Shown: positions 50,791 through 61,844 of the stretch, one piece after another | Numbering within the stretch: position 1 is the first letter of the stretch | How the letters are laid out: every line of letters starts with the position of its first letter | Origin: an uncultured Eubacteriaceae bacterium | GTDB lineage: Bacteria > Bacillota > Clostridia > Eubacteriales > UBA1433 | NCBI GenBank assembly: GCA_964533615.1 | Contig: CAZHMK010000008.1 | Span: 56,128 to 120,127, forward strand | Direction of reading: 5' to 3' | DNA: 64,000 nt | The notes under the pieces: model-generated | Database searches by the model: none | Seen by the model: only the letters and a program-made list of their open reading frames with translations | Told to the model about the DNA's origin: nothing | Position numbers and translations under genes: made by a program

Positions 50791-53700
50791 TTAAAAAAAC
50801 GCAAACTGATCTGTTTTCTGCAGGCCTTCTAAAGCCTTTAATTCAAAAAGTTCATCCAAAACTGCAATTGAGGCAGAAGTTCTTTTCTTTAAATCTTCAA
50901 TCGATGTAAAGGGGGCAATCTTACTCTGCTCGTAAATTTTTTTCGTCACTTTTTCTCCTGCTCCTTCTATAACTTTGTAAGGAAGCACCAGTTTATTGTC
51001 TGCAATGATAAAATCATTATAGTGTGATTTTCCAAGTGTGATCGTTTCAAATTCATACCCTCTGCATATCATTTCGAGTGCGATTTCGAGTGTAATCAAC
51101 GTATCTTTTTGTGTCTGCGTCATGCTTTTTAATGAATAATATTTTTTTATTTCTTTTCTGATTGCATCCGGTCCTTTGAGGATTGTTTTTAAATCGAAAT
51201 CTTTAGACCGGATTGAAAAATATGCGGAGTAATACTCCAGAGGATAATATATTTTATAATAGGCTACCCGAAAACCCATCATAACATAAGCCGCAGCATG
51301 CGCTTTTGGAAACATATACTTAATTTTATTACAGGAATCGATATACCAATCATCAATATTGATTTGTTTCATTTTTTCAATATCACTGTCTTTAAGTCCT
51401 TTGCCTTTGCGTACACGCTCCATAATATCAAAAGCTGTTTTTGATTCCATTCCCATCTGTATTAAATAAAGCATGATGCTGTCACGCGTAGAAATAACAT
51501 TTTTTATGGTAGCTGTACCGTTCTTAATATATTCCGCCGCATTATTGATCCAAACATCCGTGCCGTGAGAGAGCCCTGATATACGTATCAAGTCATCAAA
51601 ACATTGAGGCTGGGCTTGTTTTAACATTTCACGAACGAACTTTGTCCCAAATTCGGGTACGCCGTATGTGCCCACTTCGGTAAGTATATCTGTATCTTTA
51701 AGATTCAACGCTTCCAGTGAAGTAAACAAGCTGAGGACTGTTTTATCATCAAACTTTATTTTTTTAACGTCATATCCTGTAAGCTTTTGAAGCGCATTGA
51801 TCATGGAAGGGTCATCATGTCCAAGCAAATCCAGTTTTAACAGCCTGCCTTTTAATGCATCATAATCAAATGATGTTGTGATTACTTTTTTGTTTTCATC
51901 ATTTGCCGGATACTGCACAGGCGTGAATTCATAGATCTCCATACCTTGAGGCAGAATAATCAGTCCTCCCGGATGCTGACCTGTAGTGCTTTTTACATCA
52001 CTGCACCCTATTTCAAGCCGTTTTTGTTCGGCAGAATTCATGACCAATCCTCTATCATCTAAATATTTTTTCGCATAGTTTCTTGCAAGGCTTCCCGCTA
52101 CTTTACTGATTGTTCCCGAACGAAATACATTTTCCACTCCCAGCATTTCTTCCACATATTTATGGATTTTACCCTGGTAATCACTTGCAAAATTCAAGTC
52201 AATATCAGGTTCTTTATCCCCTTCAAACCCTAAAAAGCATTCAAACGGAATATCAAAACCGTCTTTTTCATATGCACAGTTGCAGTGCGGGCAATTTTTA
52301 TCCGGCAAATCTGCTCCGACACCATACATTGTCACATCTGCAAACTCCGTATGTTTGCAAACCGGGCATACATAATGAGGCGGAAGCGGATTCACTTCGG
52401 TAATCCCTAAAAATGTTGCAGCCAGAGATGACCCTACAGATCCTCTGGAACCTACCAGATACCCGTCATCTTTTGCTTTATGCACCACTTTTTGTGCTAA
52501 ATAATATAATACGGAATAATTATATTTTGCTATTACACTAATTTCTTTTTCTATACTTTTTTCAATGAGTTCAGGCAGGATGTCCCCATACTTTTCATGC
52601 GCCGTTTTGTAGATATATTCTGCAACCATTTTCTCTGCGCCTTCCATGACAGGCGGATAAGAGCCTTCCGGTATCGGACGAATCGCGTCTTCAATAAAAC
52701 TTGCTATAGCCTGTGTATTCTCAACAACTGCCTTATATGCCTTCTCTTGTTCCAAATAATAGAATTCATCCAGCATTTGAGAAGTATTACGAAGATAAAG
52801 AGGTGCTTGATTGTCTGCATCGTCAAATTTCAGCGCATTGAGCAATACTGCCCGGTATATACTGTCTTTCTCATCAACAAAGTGTACATCTCCGGTAGCT
52901 ACATAATATTTGCCTGTTTTCTCCGCAAGAGAAATAATATCTTTATTGATTTGTATGATATCCTCTTTTGAAGAAAGTATACCGTTATTGACAAGATGCA
53001 TGCTGTTCCCAATAGGTTGAATTTCCAAATAGTCATAAAAATTTGCTAACCTTAGCATATACTGCTCATTTCTTGCATTTATGAATGCCTGAAAAACTTC
53101 ACCCGAATCACAGGCACTGCCAATCATAAAATTTTTTTTATATAAAGCAATTTCGCTCTTTAATATTTTAGGACGCCTATAAAAATATTTAAGATTTGAA
53201 TTTGAAATAAGCTTGTATAAGTCTTTAAGTCCCTGTTTATTTTTTACAAGGATTGTACAATGTATATGGGGTGCCTTTTTATCACTTTGGGGTGATTTTC
53301 TATATTCTTTAAGCTCGCTGATCATGCTGATTTTGTCTGATTTTGCAGTTGATAGAATATGTAGCAGCACCTTCGCAGTTGCCACCGCGTCATCCAATGC
53401 CCGGTGTGCATGCCCGATATCAATATTTAGTAGTTTAGTGACTGATTTAAGCTTATAAGTTTTTAACTGTGTAAATACACGTCTGCATAAATGCAGAGAA
53501 TCTAAATAGACAAATCTTTCATCATGTCCTGTCTGGCGCAATGCCTTATCAATAAAGGCCGAGTCGAAAGATGTATTATGTGTGCAGAGCACTTGCGTAT
53601 CCTTCACAAAGCATATAAACTCTTCCATCACTTTTTGCAAATCATCTGCATTGTTTAGCATTTGCTGCGTAATAGATGTCAGCGCTGTGATCCTTTGCGG

Positions 53701-55065
53701 CACAGGTTTTTTTGGTTTTACCAAAGCCGAATAGGTATCAATTATTTTGAAATTCTTTATTTTAACGGCTGCCAGTTCTATGATTTCATCATTTCGCGCG
53801 CACAGTCCCGTTGTTTCAACGTCCACAACAATGATCTCACTGTCTAACGGCGCTTCTGTCTGCTGATTCAAAACAAAATTTTCATCGTCGACCATATAAG
53901 CTTCAACGCCATAGATAACTTTAATTCCGTATTTTTTTGACAATGCAAATGCATCGGGATATGCATACACGCCGGCATGATCCGTGATAGCTACGGCCTG
54001 ATGCCCCATTTTACTGAGTTTATAAAAAATATCTTCTATCTTAGATACGGCATCTCTTTCACTATACTGACTATGACAATGCAGCTCCACTCTTTTTTGC
54101 TTGCTTTTATCCGTATATTCATCAACCTCTGCTTTTAAAAATCCATAACACTGTATATAGCGATCATTTTTATATTCATCAAACGCGATTTTGCCGAAAA
54201 TTTGTGCATACCTGGTTTTTTTGATTTTATCAAAAAGATCTTCTATCTCACTTTTATCACAATTTATTCTTATTTCCGCAGAAGACTGCTCATCATTGAT
54301 ATATACTCTAATATAAGAGCGCAATCTGTTTTCTACAACTTCGGCATAAAAACATTTCCCACAAGCAGCAATCATCTCTCCTGTCTGTTTTAAATATACA
54401 TTGTCCAAACTTTGAATTTTGTGTTTATTCACTCTGCCATAAATAAGCTCTCCAATTATCCGGCCGGCATTTTTTTGCGATATTTTATTATTTGAAGTGT
54501 GAACGATTTTTTTTCTTTTTTGCTGTGGTATACTCTTGTTATTAACATTTTTATCTATTGCGCTTTTGTTAACCTCAGTATCATTGTCATCTACTTGCAT
54601 AATCTCAAAGTGAATCAGCGCATCCAGTGCGGCATCTCTTTTTATGTAAGATCTTATTTTTTGTTCGATCTGCTGCTCACCAAGCATCTTTAAGTGGCTC
54701 TTAGATAAAGCCGATATATGGACAGTATTTTCTTTTACGTACCAGTTTTCAGATAAAAATAAAGCCGACGAGGTATTTTCATCAGCAAGATACTTAATAA
54801 TTTTTCTCTGATTATATTTAATATATGTATCCAGCTTCATTTTTTCTGCTATGTTTTGTATAATTTTTATCTGTTTAAAAAAATGATACTTCTCATATAT
54901 TCTGTTTATAATTTCATCTATATCATGACTGCAAAACGCACTTTCAGAAAGCAAGTAAAAGACTGCATCGTCCTTTTTTGTTAACAATACTTTTTCAATA
55001 ATACAACCTTTAGCATTTACAATACCGGCTGTATCGATAAATTCACTTAGATATTTATTTTGCAT
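50791..55065 (-). CDS. polC: DNA polymerase III PolC-type alpha subunit
   Basis: PHP (ELHCHSQYS), embedded 3'-5' exonuclease (VDVETTG, HRALDDA), EPDIDLNF, KLDLLGHDDP, YMFPKAHA; 1424 aa, no intein. Confidence 0.97.
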   Translation of the reverse strand: MQNKYLSEFIDTAGIVNAKGCIIEKVLLTKKDDAVFYLLSESAFCSHDIDEIINRIYEKYHFFKQIKIIQNIAEKMKLDTYIKYNQRKIIKYLADENTSSALFLSENWYVKENTVHISALSKSHLKMLGEQQIEQKIRSYIKRDAALDALIHFEIMQVDDNDTEVNKSAIDKNVNNKSIPQQKRKKIVHTSNNKISQKNAGRIIGELIYGRVNKHKIQSLDNVYLKQTGEMIAACGKCFYAEVVENRLRSYIRVYINDEQSSAEIRINCDKSEIEDLFDKIKKTRYAQIFGKIAFDEYKNDRYIQCYGFLKAEVDEYTDKSKQKRVELHCHSQYSERDAVSKIEDIFYKLSKMGHQAVAITDHAGVYAYPDAFALSKKYGIKVIYGVEAYMVDDENFVLNQQTEAPLDSEIIVVDVETTGLCARNDEIIELAAVKIKNFKIIDTYSALVKPKKPVPQRITALTSITQQMLNNADDLQKVMEEFICFVKDTQVLCTHNTSFDSAFIDKALRQTGHDERFVYLDSLHLCRRVFTQLKTYKLKSVTKLLNIDIGHAHRALDDAVATAKVLLHILSTAKSDKISMISELKEYRKSPQSDKKAPHIHCTILVKNKQGLKDLYKLISNSNLKYFYRRPKILKSEIALYKKNFMIGSACDSGEVFQAFINARNEQYMLRLANFYDYLEIQPIGNSMHLVNNGILSSKEDIIQINKDIISLAEKTGKYYVATGDVHFVDEKDSIYRAVLLNALKFDDADNQAPLYLRNTSQMLDEFYYLEQEKAYKAVVENTQAIASFIEDAIRPIPEGSYPPVMEGAEKMVAEYIYKTAHEKYGDILPELIEKSIEKEISVIAKYNYSVLYYLAQKVVHKAKDDGYLVGSRGSVGSSLAATFLGITEVNPLPPHYVCPVCKHTEFADVTMYGVGADLPDKNCPHCNCAYEKDGFDIPFECFLGFEGDKEPDIDLNFASDYQGKIHKYVEEMLGVENVFRSGTISKVAGSLARNYAKKYLDDRGLVMNSAEQKRLEIGCSDVKSTTGQHPGGLIILPQGMEIYEFTPVQYPANDENKKVITTSFDYDALKGRLLKLDLLGHDDPSMINALQKLTGYDVKKIKFDDKTVLSLFTSLEALNLKDTDILTEVGTYGVPEFGTKFVREMLKQAQPQCFDDLIRISGLSHGTDVWINNAAEYIKNGTATIKNVISTRDSIMLYLIQMGMESKTAFDIMERVRKGKGLKDSDIEKMKQINIDDWYIDSCNKIKYMFPKAHAAAYVMMGFRVAYYKIYYPLEYYSAYFSIRSKDFDLKTILKGPDAIRKEIKKYYSLKSMTQTQKDTLITLEIALEMICRGYEFETITLGKSHYNDFIIADNKLVLPYKVIEGAGEKVTKKIYEQSKIAPFTSIEDLKKRTSASIAVLDELFELKALEGLQKTDQFAFF

Positions 55066-55084
55066 TTCTCCCTCTCCCTATTAT

Positions 55085-56158
55085 TCAGTGACTGTTTTTT
55101 AGTAACTCATCTAATTTTTCAAGCAAAATACGCACTGCTTCATCTTCTTTAACTGTCTGCGTAATGATTCCCTTTTCAAACAAAGCGGCATTATGCGCAC
55201 CAAACGCAAGTCCTAAATCAGCTTCTTTTGCTTCTCCTGGTCCATTGACTACACATCCCATCACTGCTACTTTTGCATATGTAGAAATATCTTTTGTCTT
55301 TTCTCTGACTTCTTTTGCATAGCTGATCACATCTGTTTTACATCTGCCACATGTAGGGCAAGAAATGATTTCAATGCCATATTTTTGTATTCTAAGTAAA
55401 CTCAGCAAGCTTTTTGCTGCACACACTTCCTGCATCGGATTTTCACTTAAGGAAACTCGAAGCGTATCCCCTACTCCGTTTAACAATAAAGCGCCTATAC
55501 CGGCAGAAGACTTGATAATGCCGTCATAATAAGTGCCGGCTTCCGTAATCCCTATATGCAAAGGATAATTGCAACTTTCACTGAAAAGCATATTGGCCCG
55601 ATAAGTTGTGTCTACATCTGAAGATTTTATTGAGATAACTAAGTTAGAAAAGCTTTCTTTTTCTGCAAATTCTACATATCTGATTGCTTCTTCTTCTAAG
55701 GCTTTATACGTTGGAGAACCATACTTCCGGAGTAAATCTTTTGAAAGAGACCCGGAATTCACCCCTATACGCACAGCACATCCATGCTGTTTAGCTGATT
55801 TTAAAACTAGCGCGGCTTTTTCATATCCACCAATGTTTCCCGGATTAATTCTCACTTTGTCTGCCCCGTTTTCAATGCATTTAATCGCAATTCTATAGTC
55901 AAAGTGTATATCTGCCACTAGTGGCAATTTGATTTGCTTTCTAATTTTCTGCACAACATCGGTTGCCCGATGATCCGGAATTGCGATACGGATAATATCA
56001 CATCCTGCATTATCCAGTTCGGCTATTTGTCTGACTGTATTTTTTATATCCGGCGTATTGGTCTTTGTCATAGACTGCACTGCAATTTTGTTATTACCGC
56101 CTATTACGGTGTTGCCAATTTGCACTTCGTTTGTTTTTTTTCTTTGAATTGTGTTCAT
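55085..56158 (-). CDS. ispG: (E)-4-hydroxy-3-methylbut-2-enyl-diphosphate synthase
   Basis: VQSMT, ADIHF, RINPGN, RIGVNSGSL, SCPTCGR, GCVVNGPGE; start set at MNTIQ. Confidence 0.97.
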   Translation of the reverse strand: MNTIQRKKTNEVQIGNTVIGGNNKIAVQSMTKTNTPDIKNTVRQIAELDNAGCDIIRIAIPDHRATDVVQKIRKQIKLPLVADIHFDYRIAIKCIENGADKVRINPGNIGGYEKAALVLKSAKQHGCAVRIGVNSGSLSKDLLRKYGSPTYKALEEEAIRYVEFAEKESFSNLVISIKSSDVDTTYRANMLFSESCNYPLHIGITEAGTYYDGIIKSSAGIGALLLNGVGDTLRVSLSENPMQEVCAAKSLLSLLRIQKYGIEIISCPTCGRCKTDVISYAKEVREKTKDISTYAKVAVMGCVVNGPGEAKEADLGLAFGAHNAALFEKGIITQTVKEDEAVRILLEKLDELLKNSH

Positions 56159-56169
56159 GACATCTCCCA

Positions 56170-57189
56170 TTAGAAGAATCGTATAATATCATTATAAGCA
56201 ATAACAATGGCAAGTAAAATCATTAAAGCAAATCCGATAAAATGAAATATATTTTCACGTTCTTTTTTTATCGGCGAACCTTTGACGGCTTCTACCAAAA
56301 GCAAAAATACTCTGCTGCCGTCGAGTGCAGGAATCGGCAGCATATTGATAATACCAAGGCTCATGCTGATTGCCCCCGCAATCTGTAAAACGGCCGCTGC
56401 CCCGTAAGTTGTCATGTCACTGACGATCTTTACGACTCCGATAGGCCCTGTAAATGCGTCTATTCCAACAAGTCCTCTTATTAATCCTATCAGTGTAGCA
56501 AAGATTAATTTTATATATGTCCAAATGAGCACCCCTGCTCTAGCGAGCGCCGTTAAAATATTTTTTGTTGCCTGCGGCGTCACCCCTATGATATATCTGT
56601 CTTCGTCTTCAACATAAGCTGGTTTTATTTGAAATGTGAGAAGTTCGTCTGTGCTTTGCCTGTATACTTGCACGCTGAGTGTCTGCGATGAATCTGCATC
56701 GACAAGAGCCACGCTGATATCTTCCCACTGATCTATTTTTGTATCTGCTATCATAATTATCTTATCGCCTGTCTCCATACCTGAGAATTCTGCGGGATAG
56801 CCTGACGAAAAACCTCCGACTGTTGTCGTAGGGATTCCCACGATCATGAGTGCAATCGCAAAGAAAATAAACGCAGTGAAGATATTCATGATTGAACCTG
56901 CCGAGAAAATAAATGCACGCACTAATTTTGATTTTGAATTAATGCTGTCCTCACTTTCTTCATCATCAGATTCTCCGACAATTTTACAATAGCCTCCGAT
57001 CGGCAACGCCCTAAGCGTGAATAATGTATGCTTACCTTGTTTTTTTAAAATGAGAGGGCCCATGCCTATGGCAAATTCTGTCACGCCTACCTTGCACAAA
57101 CGGGCAGATATATAATGTCCTGCTTCGTGAACGGCAATCAGCACGCCAAATATCAGCAAAGACAACAGTATTGTCCAAATATTGATCAA
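56170..57189 (-). CDS. rseP: RIP metalloprotease RseP (RasP)
   Basis: HEAGH, PDZ domain, NMLPIPALDG; TTG start. Confidence 0.95.
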   Translation of the reverse strand: MINIWTILLSLLIFGVLIAVHEAGHYISARLCKVGVTEFAIGMGPLILKKQGKHTLFTLRALPIGGYCKIVGESDDEESEDSINSKSKLVRAFIFSAGSIMNIFTAFIFFAIALMIVGIPTTTVGGFSSGYPAEFSGMETGDKIIMIADTKIDQWEDISVALVDADSSQTLSVQVYRQSTDELLTFQIKPAYVEDEDRYIIGVTPQATKNILTALARAGVLIWTYIKLIFATLIGLIRGLVGIDAFTGPIGVVKIVSDMTTYGAAAVLQIAGAISMSLGIINMLPIPALDGSRVFLLLVEAVKGSPIKKERENIFHFIGFALMILLAIVIAYNDIIRFF

Positions 57190-57199
57190 ATGTTCCTCC

Positions 57200-57985
57200 T
57201 TATGCTATTAGAGCATAAAAATAAATAATCGGTATTACAAATAATATGCTATCTATTCTATCTAATATACCACCGTGACCGGGAAGTATATTCCCAAAAT
57301 CTTTTTTGTTAAATTTTCTTTTGATTAAAGAAGCACTTAAATCACCGAATTGACTGCAAGTACTCCCAAGTGCTCCGACGACTGCATAATGCCAAATTGG
57401 TGCAGCAAGATGAAAATATTTTGTGAAAATAATACCACCCAGGATACTGACTGCAATTCCGGAGACAAGCCCTGCCAAGGCTCCTTCAACACTCTTCTTC
57501 GGGCTTATCGCCGGACACAATCTTTTCTTTCCCATACTGATTCCTATAAAATAGGCCATTGTATCTGTGGCGCAAGCAACCAAAAAAATAAGCCATACTA
57601 AAATGTATCCGTTATGTATAGAAAAAATATTCACAACCAGCCCTAGAGGCAGAGGAATATATATTAAAGAAAATATCTGATGCATGATCTCATTTATTTC
57701 ATATTGTTTTTTTAATATATCATAAATAAACACACTCATAACGCTGAAAGTTATAACCACCGAATAAATAACAGGCCTATAAGAAACAGAAATATAAATA
57801 ATAATGCCAAGGATGATAGTGAGCACAAGATCAATTTTTTTCTTATGAAAAACAACATTCAAATACTCATACATTGCAAGAGCGCACACAATCCCTGCCA
57901 GGACCGCTGTTGTGGTTTGCCCCATCAATAAAGCCGCTACCAATAATATTCCGATAACAACTGATGCAATTATTCTCATCTTCAT
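57200..57985 (-). CDS. cdsA: Phosphatidate cytidylyltransferase
   Basis: ISPKKSVEG, GDLSASLIKR, KDFGNILPGHGGILDRIDS. Confidence 0.96.
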   Translation of the reverse strand: MKMRIIASVVIGILLVAALLMGQTTTAVLAGIVCALAMYEYLNVVFHKKKIDLVLTIILGIIIYISVSYRPVIYSVVITFSVMSVFIYDILKKQYEINEIMHQIFSLIYIPLPLGLVVNIFSIHNGYILVWLIFLVACATDTMAYFIGISMGKKRLCPAISPKKSVEGALAGLVSGIAVSILGGIIFTKYFHLAAPIWHYAVVGALGSTCSQFGDLSASLIKRKFNKKDFGNILPGHGGILDRIDSILFVIPIIYFYALIA

Positions 57986-58726
57986 CTAATTATTCAACCC
58001 TCCGTAACGTCTGTCTCTGTTTTGAAAGTCATAGATAGCATTACATAAGGTCTGTTTGGTAAAATCGGGCCAATAAGTATTTGTAAACCACAATTCCGCA
58101 TAGCTTAGTTGCCATATTAAAAAGTTGCTGATTCGCATCTCTCCGCCCGTACGAATCATTAAGTCCGGATCCGGCATATCTTTCGTATACAAAAAGTCCC
58201 CGAACATTTCTTCGTTAATATCTTCGATAGATAATTCGCCGTCTTTTACTTGACGTGTAACTTGCTTTGTTGCATGGATGATATCGGCTCTGCCTCCATA
58301 GTTGAGTGCTATGTTTAAATTTAATACCGTATTGTTTTTTGTTTTTTCTATAGCGTCAACAGCACATTTTTTTGTATTTTCAGGCATTGCATCAACAGCA
58401 CCAATAATCCGTACTCTTACGCCTTCTTTATCCAACTGATCAATCTCTTTTTTGAAATACTCTATCATCAGGCGCATAAGTCCGTCTACTTCGTCTTGGG
58501 GCCTTTTCCAATTTTCAGTTGAAAAAGCATATAGTGTTAAATACTTTATATCCAAATCAACACAGGCCTTTACTATTGTGCGAACTGTTTCAACGCCTTG
58601 ACGATGTCCGAACAATCTCGGCATATTTCTCTTCTTTGCCCATCTTCCGTTTCCGTCCATAATAACAGCTACATGTACAGGCATTTTTTCTTTATTGATT
58701 AAATCACAGTATTTTTTGTTCATCAT
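57986..58726 (-). CDS. uppS: Undecaprenyl diphosphate synthase
   Basis: HVAVIMDGNGRWA, YAFSTENWKRP, IRTGGEMRISNFL. Confidence 0.97.
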   Translation of the reverse strand: MMNKKYCDLINKEKMPVHVAVIMDGNGRWAKKRNMPRLFGHRQGVETVRTIVKACVDLDIKYLTLYAFSTENWKRPQDEVDGLMRLMIEYFKKEIDQLDKEGVRVRIIGAVDAMPENTKKCAVDAIEKTKNNTVLNLNIALNYGGRADIIHATKQVTRQVKDGELSIEDINEEMFGDFLYTKDMPDPDLMIRTGGEMRISNFLIWQLSYAELWFTNTYWPDFTKQTLCNAIYDFQNRDRRYGGLNN

Positions 58727-58879
58727 ATTACTCTCTTCTATACAAACAACTTATTTACTAACATAAATACCCGCAAAGAAAGGTTTGAATACTGTTTCAT
58801 ACCTTTAACGGGTATCGGATATACATGTTCCCCGTATGTATACCACATAGCTCAAGGATTTATAAACTACTTATTATAC

Positions 58880-59437
58880 TTAAATTTCCATTATTTCAGC
58901 ATCTTTAGCTTTTACAATTTCATCAACTTTTTTAATTTTATTATCTGTGATTTTTTGAATACTATTCTCGCCGCCTTTGCAGTCATCTTCCGTTATTTTA
59001 CTGCTCTTTTGGGCTGTCTTTAATTCCTCTATTGCCGTACGCCTGATATTTCTAATTGCAACTTTTGTGTTCTCGCCTTCTTTTTTTGATAATTTCACAA
59101 GTTCTTTTCTTCTCTCTTCGGTAAGCTGTGGGATCACAAGACGAATGCTTCTTCCATCATTGCTAGGATTAATGCCGATATCAGAAGCCAAAATTGCTTT
59201 TTCGATTAAGGGAATCACTTTTGCATCCCACGGCTGAATTAAGATCATTCTGGGTTCGGGCGCCGAAATAGATGCCATTTGCGATATTGGCGTAGAGCTT
59301 CCGTAGTAATCTGCTGTAACTCTGTCAAGCATTTTAGGATTTGCTCTCCCCGCGCGCAGTGTGTTTAACTCAGATTTTAAGACATCAATTGCCTTGTCCA
59401 TTTTATCTTCGGCTTTTATTTCAATATCTTTAACCAT
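58880..59437 (-). CDS. frr: Ribosome recycling factor
   Basis: LRAGRANP, IPQLTEERR, VAIRNIRR. Confidence 0.98.
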   Translation of the reverse strand: MVKDIEIKAEDKMDKAIDVLKSELNTLRAGRANPKMLDRVTADYYGSSTPISQMASISAPEPRMILIQPWDAKVIPLIEKAILASDIGINPSNDGRSIRLVIPQLTEERRKELVKLSKKEGENTKVAIRNIRRTAIEELKTAQKSSKITEDDCKGGENSIQKITDNKIKKVDEIVKAKDAEIMEI

Positions 59438-59443
59438 CTACTC

Positions 59444-60157
59444 TCACTCTCCTTTAATAATCGTTCCTATTTTCTCTCCGCAAACTGCCTTTTGAATATT
59501 CCCGCTCGGATGTAATCCAAATATATGAATCGGAATATAATTGTCCATACAAAGCGATACAGCTGTTGAATCTATCACTTTTAGACCTTTATCGAGTACA
59601 TCAATATATGAAAGCGCTTGAAACATGGTTGCGGCAGAATTTTTATTTGGATCAGAATCATAAACTCCGTCTACATTTTTGGCGGACAAAATAACTTCTG
59701 CCTCCATCTCAGCGGCTCGAAGTGCCGCCGCACTGTCTGTTGTAAAATACGGATTACCTGTACCGAAACCAAAAATAACAACCCTGCCCTTATTTAAATG
59801 ACTGATTGCTTTGCGCCTGATATAAGGTTCCGCCAGTTCTTTCATTTCAATTGCGGTCTGTACTCTTACATCGACTCCAAGCTGTTCAAGAGCATCCTGA
59901 AGAGCCATCGCGTTAATCACTGTCGCAAGCATTCCCATGTAATCTGCGTTAACCCTGTCCATCCCTACCCCGCTTCTGCCGCGCCAGATATTGCCGCCTC
60001 CGACAACAATGCATACCTGCACCCCCATCAAAACAACCTCTTTGATATCTTGGCAAATTGTCTTAATTGTATCCCAGTCAAGCCCGAATCCTTTTTGACC
60101 AGAAAGCGCTTCACCACTCATTTTTATTACAATTCGTTTATATATCGGTTTCCCCAT
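59444..60157 (-). CDS. pyrH: UMP kinase
   Basis: [25 protein letters not shown]. Confidence 0.98.
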   Translation of the reverse strand: MGKPIYKRIVIKMSGEALSGQKGFGLDWDTIKTICQDIKEVVLMGVQVCIVVGGGNIWRGRSGVGMDRVNADYMGMLATVINAMALQDALEQLGVDVRVQTAIEMKELAEPYIRRKAISHLNKGRVVIFGFGTGNPYFTTDSAAALRAAEMEAEVILSAKNVDGVYDSDPNKNSAATMFQALSYIDVLDKGLKVIDSTAVSLCMDNYIPIHIFGLHPSGNIQKAVCGEKIGTIIKGE

Positions 60158-60232
60158 CAGCTGCCAACCTCTCGCTTATTCTGTGTAATATAATACAACA
60201 AAATCGTGTAATTTACAAATTTTATTTTCAAT

Positions 60233-60259
60233 AAAAAACCAAGCTGCATTGCTTGGTTT
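60233..60259 (-). terminator. Terminator after tsf
   Basis: AAACCAAGC-loop-GCTTGGTTT with an adjacent T run on the minus strand. Confidence 0.75.
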
Positions 60260-60270
60260 CAAAATATTTA

Positions 60271-60918
60271 CTATTTCATTTGACTGGCAACTTCTTCGGC
60301 AAAATTATCACTGCGTTTTTCCAAGCCTTCACCCATCTGGTAACGTGTAAATCTTCTGATTTTAATGTTTTCACCAATAGAAGAAATAGCTTCTTTGACT
60401 GCATCTTCTACGCTTTTATCCGAATCTTTTACAAATGGCTGCTCCAGCAAGCATACTTCTTTAAAATATTTTTTCAAACGTCCTTCTACCATTTTTTCTG
60501 CAATATTTTCCGGTTTGCCTTCATTGACAGCCTGTGCTTTATAGATTGCTTTTTCTTTATCAATCACATCCTGCGGCACTTCTTCTTTTGATAAGTAAAG
60601 TGGATTAATTGCCGCTATATGCATTGAAATGTCTTTTACAAAACTTAAAAATAATTCATTTTTGGCAACAAAATCTGTCTCGCAGTTAACTTCAACTAAA
60701 ACACCTATTTTACCGCCCATATGAATATAGGACGCTACAACGCCTTCCGCCGCAATCCGGCCACTTTTTTTAGCAGCTGATGCAAGCCCTTTTTCTCTCA
60801 GATATTCTATTGCTTTTTCAACGTTTCCATCTGTTTGTATAAGAGCTTTTTTACAGTCCATCATGCCTGCACCCGTTTTTTCTCTGAGCTCTTTTACTAT
60901 TGCTCCGGTTATTTGCAT
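60271..60918 (-). CDS. tsf: Elongation factor Ts (short form)
   Basis: [38 protein letters not shown]. Confidence 0.97.
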   Translation of the reverse strand: MQITGAIVKELREKTGAGMMDCKKALIQTDGNVEKAIEYLREKGLASAAKKSGRIAAEGVVASYIHMGGKIGVLVEVNCETDFVAKNELFLSFVKDISMHIAAINPLYLSKEEVPQDVIDKEKAIYKAQAVNEGKPENIAEKMVEGRLKKYFKEVCLLEQPFVKDSDKSVEDAVKEAISSIGENIKIRRFTRYQMGEGLEKRSDNFAEEVASQMK

Positions 60919-60964
60919 TTTCAACCGACTCCCTTCAACCTTATAATATCAAAAAAATTAAAAT

Positions 60965-61840
60965 CTATTCTTCTGCACCTTTATCGGCACTTTCTTCTTG
61001 TACTGACTCTTTTGCCGGCTCAGCTTCGGTATTGGCTTGTTCTGTCTGCGCTACTGTTTCAGTTTCTTCTTTTACTGCTGTCTCAGTTTCTTTTTTTACT
61101 GTTGTTTCGGTTTCTGTTTCTACTGCTGTCTCAATTTCTTCTTCTGCCGTAAATTGTTCTCCTTGCTTTCCTTCTATGACTGCATTTGCGAGAATTCTTG
61201 TGATTAGTGCAACCGCACGAATGGCATCGTCATTGCCAGGTATAGGATAGTCAATTTCTTCAGGATCACAGTTGGTGTCTACCACCGCAACAATCGGAAT
61301 ACCAAGTTTTTTTGCTTCCAGAATTGCAATTCTTTCTTTTTTCGGATCAATAACAAACAGCGCCCCCGGCATTTTTTTCATTTCTCTTATGCCGCCCAAA
61401 AATTTTTCAAGCCTTTCCTTTTCATGAAGAAGCTTGATAACTTCTTTTTTGGGAAGAAGCTCAAAAGTTCCGTCTTCCTGCATTTTTTCGAGTTCTTCAA
61501 GTCTTTCTACTCGTTTACTGATTGTTTTATAATTTGTAAGTGTTCCACCCAGCCATCGATGTTCAACATATACACAACCACATCTGAACGCTTCTTTTTT
61601 GATGCTTTCCTGTGCTTGTTTCTTTGTCCCCACAAATAAAATTTGTTTGCCTTCTTCTGATACTGAACGAACAAATTCGTAGGCTTCATTTATTTTGCCT
61701 ACTGTTTTTTGCAAATCAATGATATAAATACCATTTCTTTGTGTATAGATGTATTCCTTCATTTTAGGATTCCATCTTCTCGTTTGATGCCCAAAATGAA
61801 CACCCGCTTCAAGCAATTGCTTCATGCTTACATATGACAT
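60965..61840 (-). CDS. rpsB: 30S ribosomal protein S2 with acidic repeat tail
   Basis: [28 protein letters not shown]. Confidence 0.99.
   Translation of the reverse strand: MSYVSMKQLLEAGVHFGHQTRRWNPKMKEYIYTQRNGIYIIDLQKTVGKINEAYEFVRSVSEEGKQILFVGTKKQAQESIKKEAFRCGCVYVEHRWLGGTLTNYKTISKRVERLEELEKMQEDGTFELLPKKEVIKLLHEKERLEKFLGGIREMKKMPGALFVIDPKKERIAILEAKKLGIPIVAVVDTNCDPEEIDYPIPGNDDAIRAVALITRILANAVIEGKQGEQFTAEEEIETAVETETETTVKKETETAVKEETETVAQTEQANTEAEPAKESVQEESADKGAEE
61054..61145 (-). repeat. Imperfect 24-nt tandem repeats in rpsB 3' end
   Basis: Encodes ETAVETET / ETTVKKET / ETAVKEET / ETVAQTEQ. Confidence 0.65.
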
Positions 61841-61844
61841 ATTT

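Noticed and set aside
50791-55065. Possible inteins or introns in polC, recA and other core genes
   Set aside because: Lengths are canonical and no insertion with splice-junction or LAGLIDADG motifs was seen.
60271-60918. EF-Ts is only ~215 aa
   Set aside because: The short form is normal in many Clostridia and thermophiles; not a truncation.
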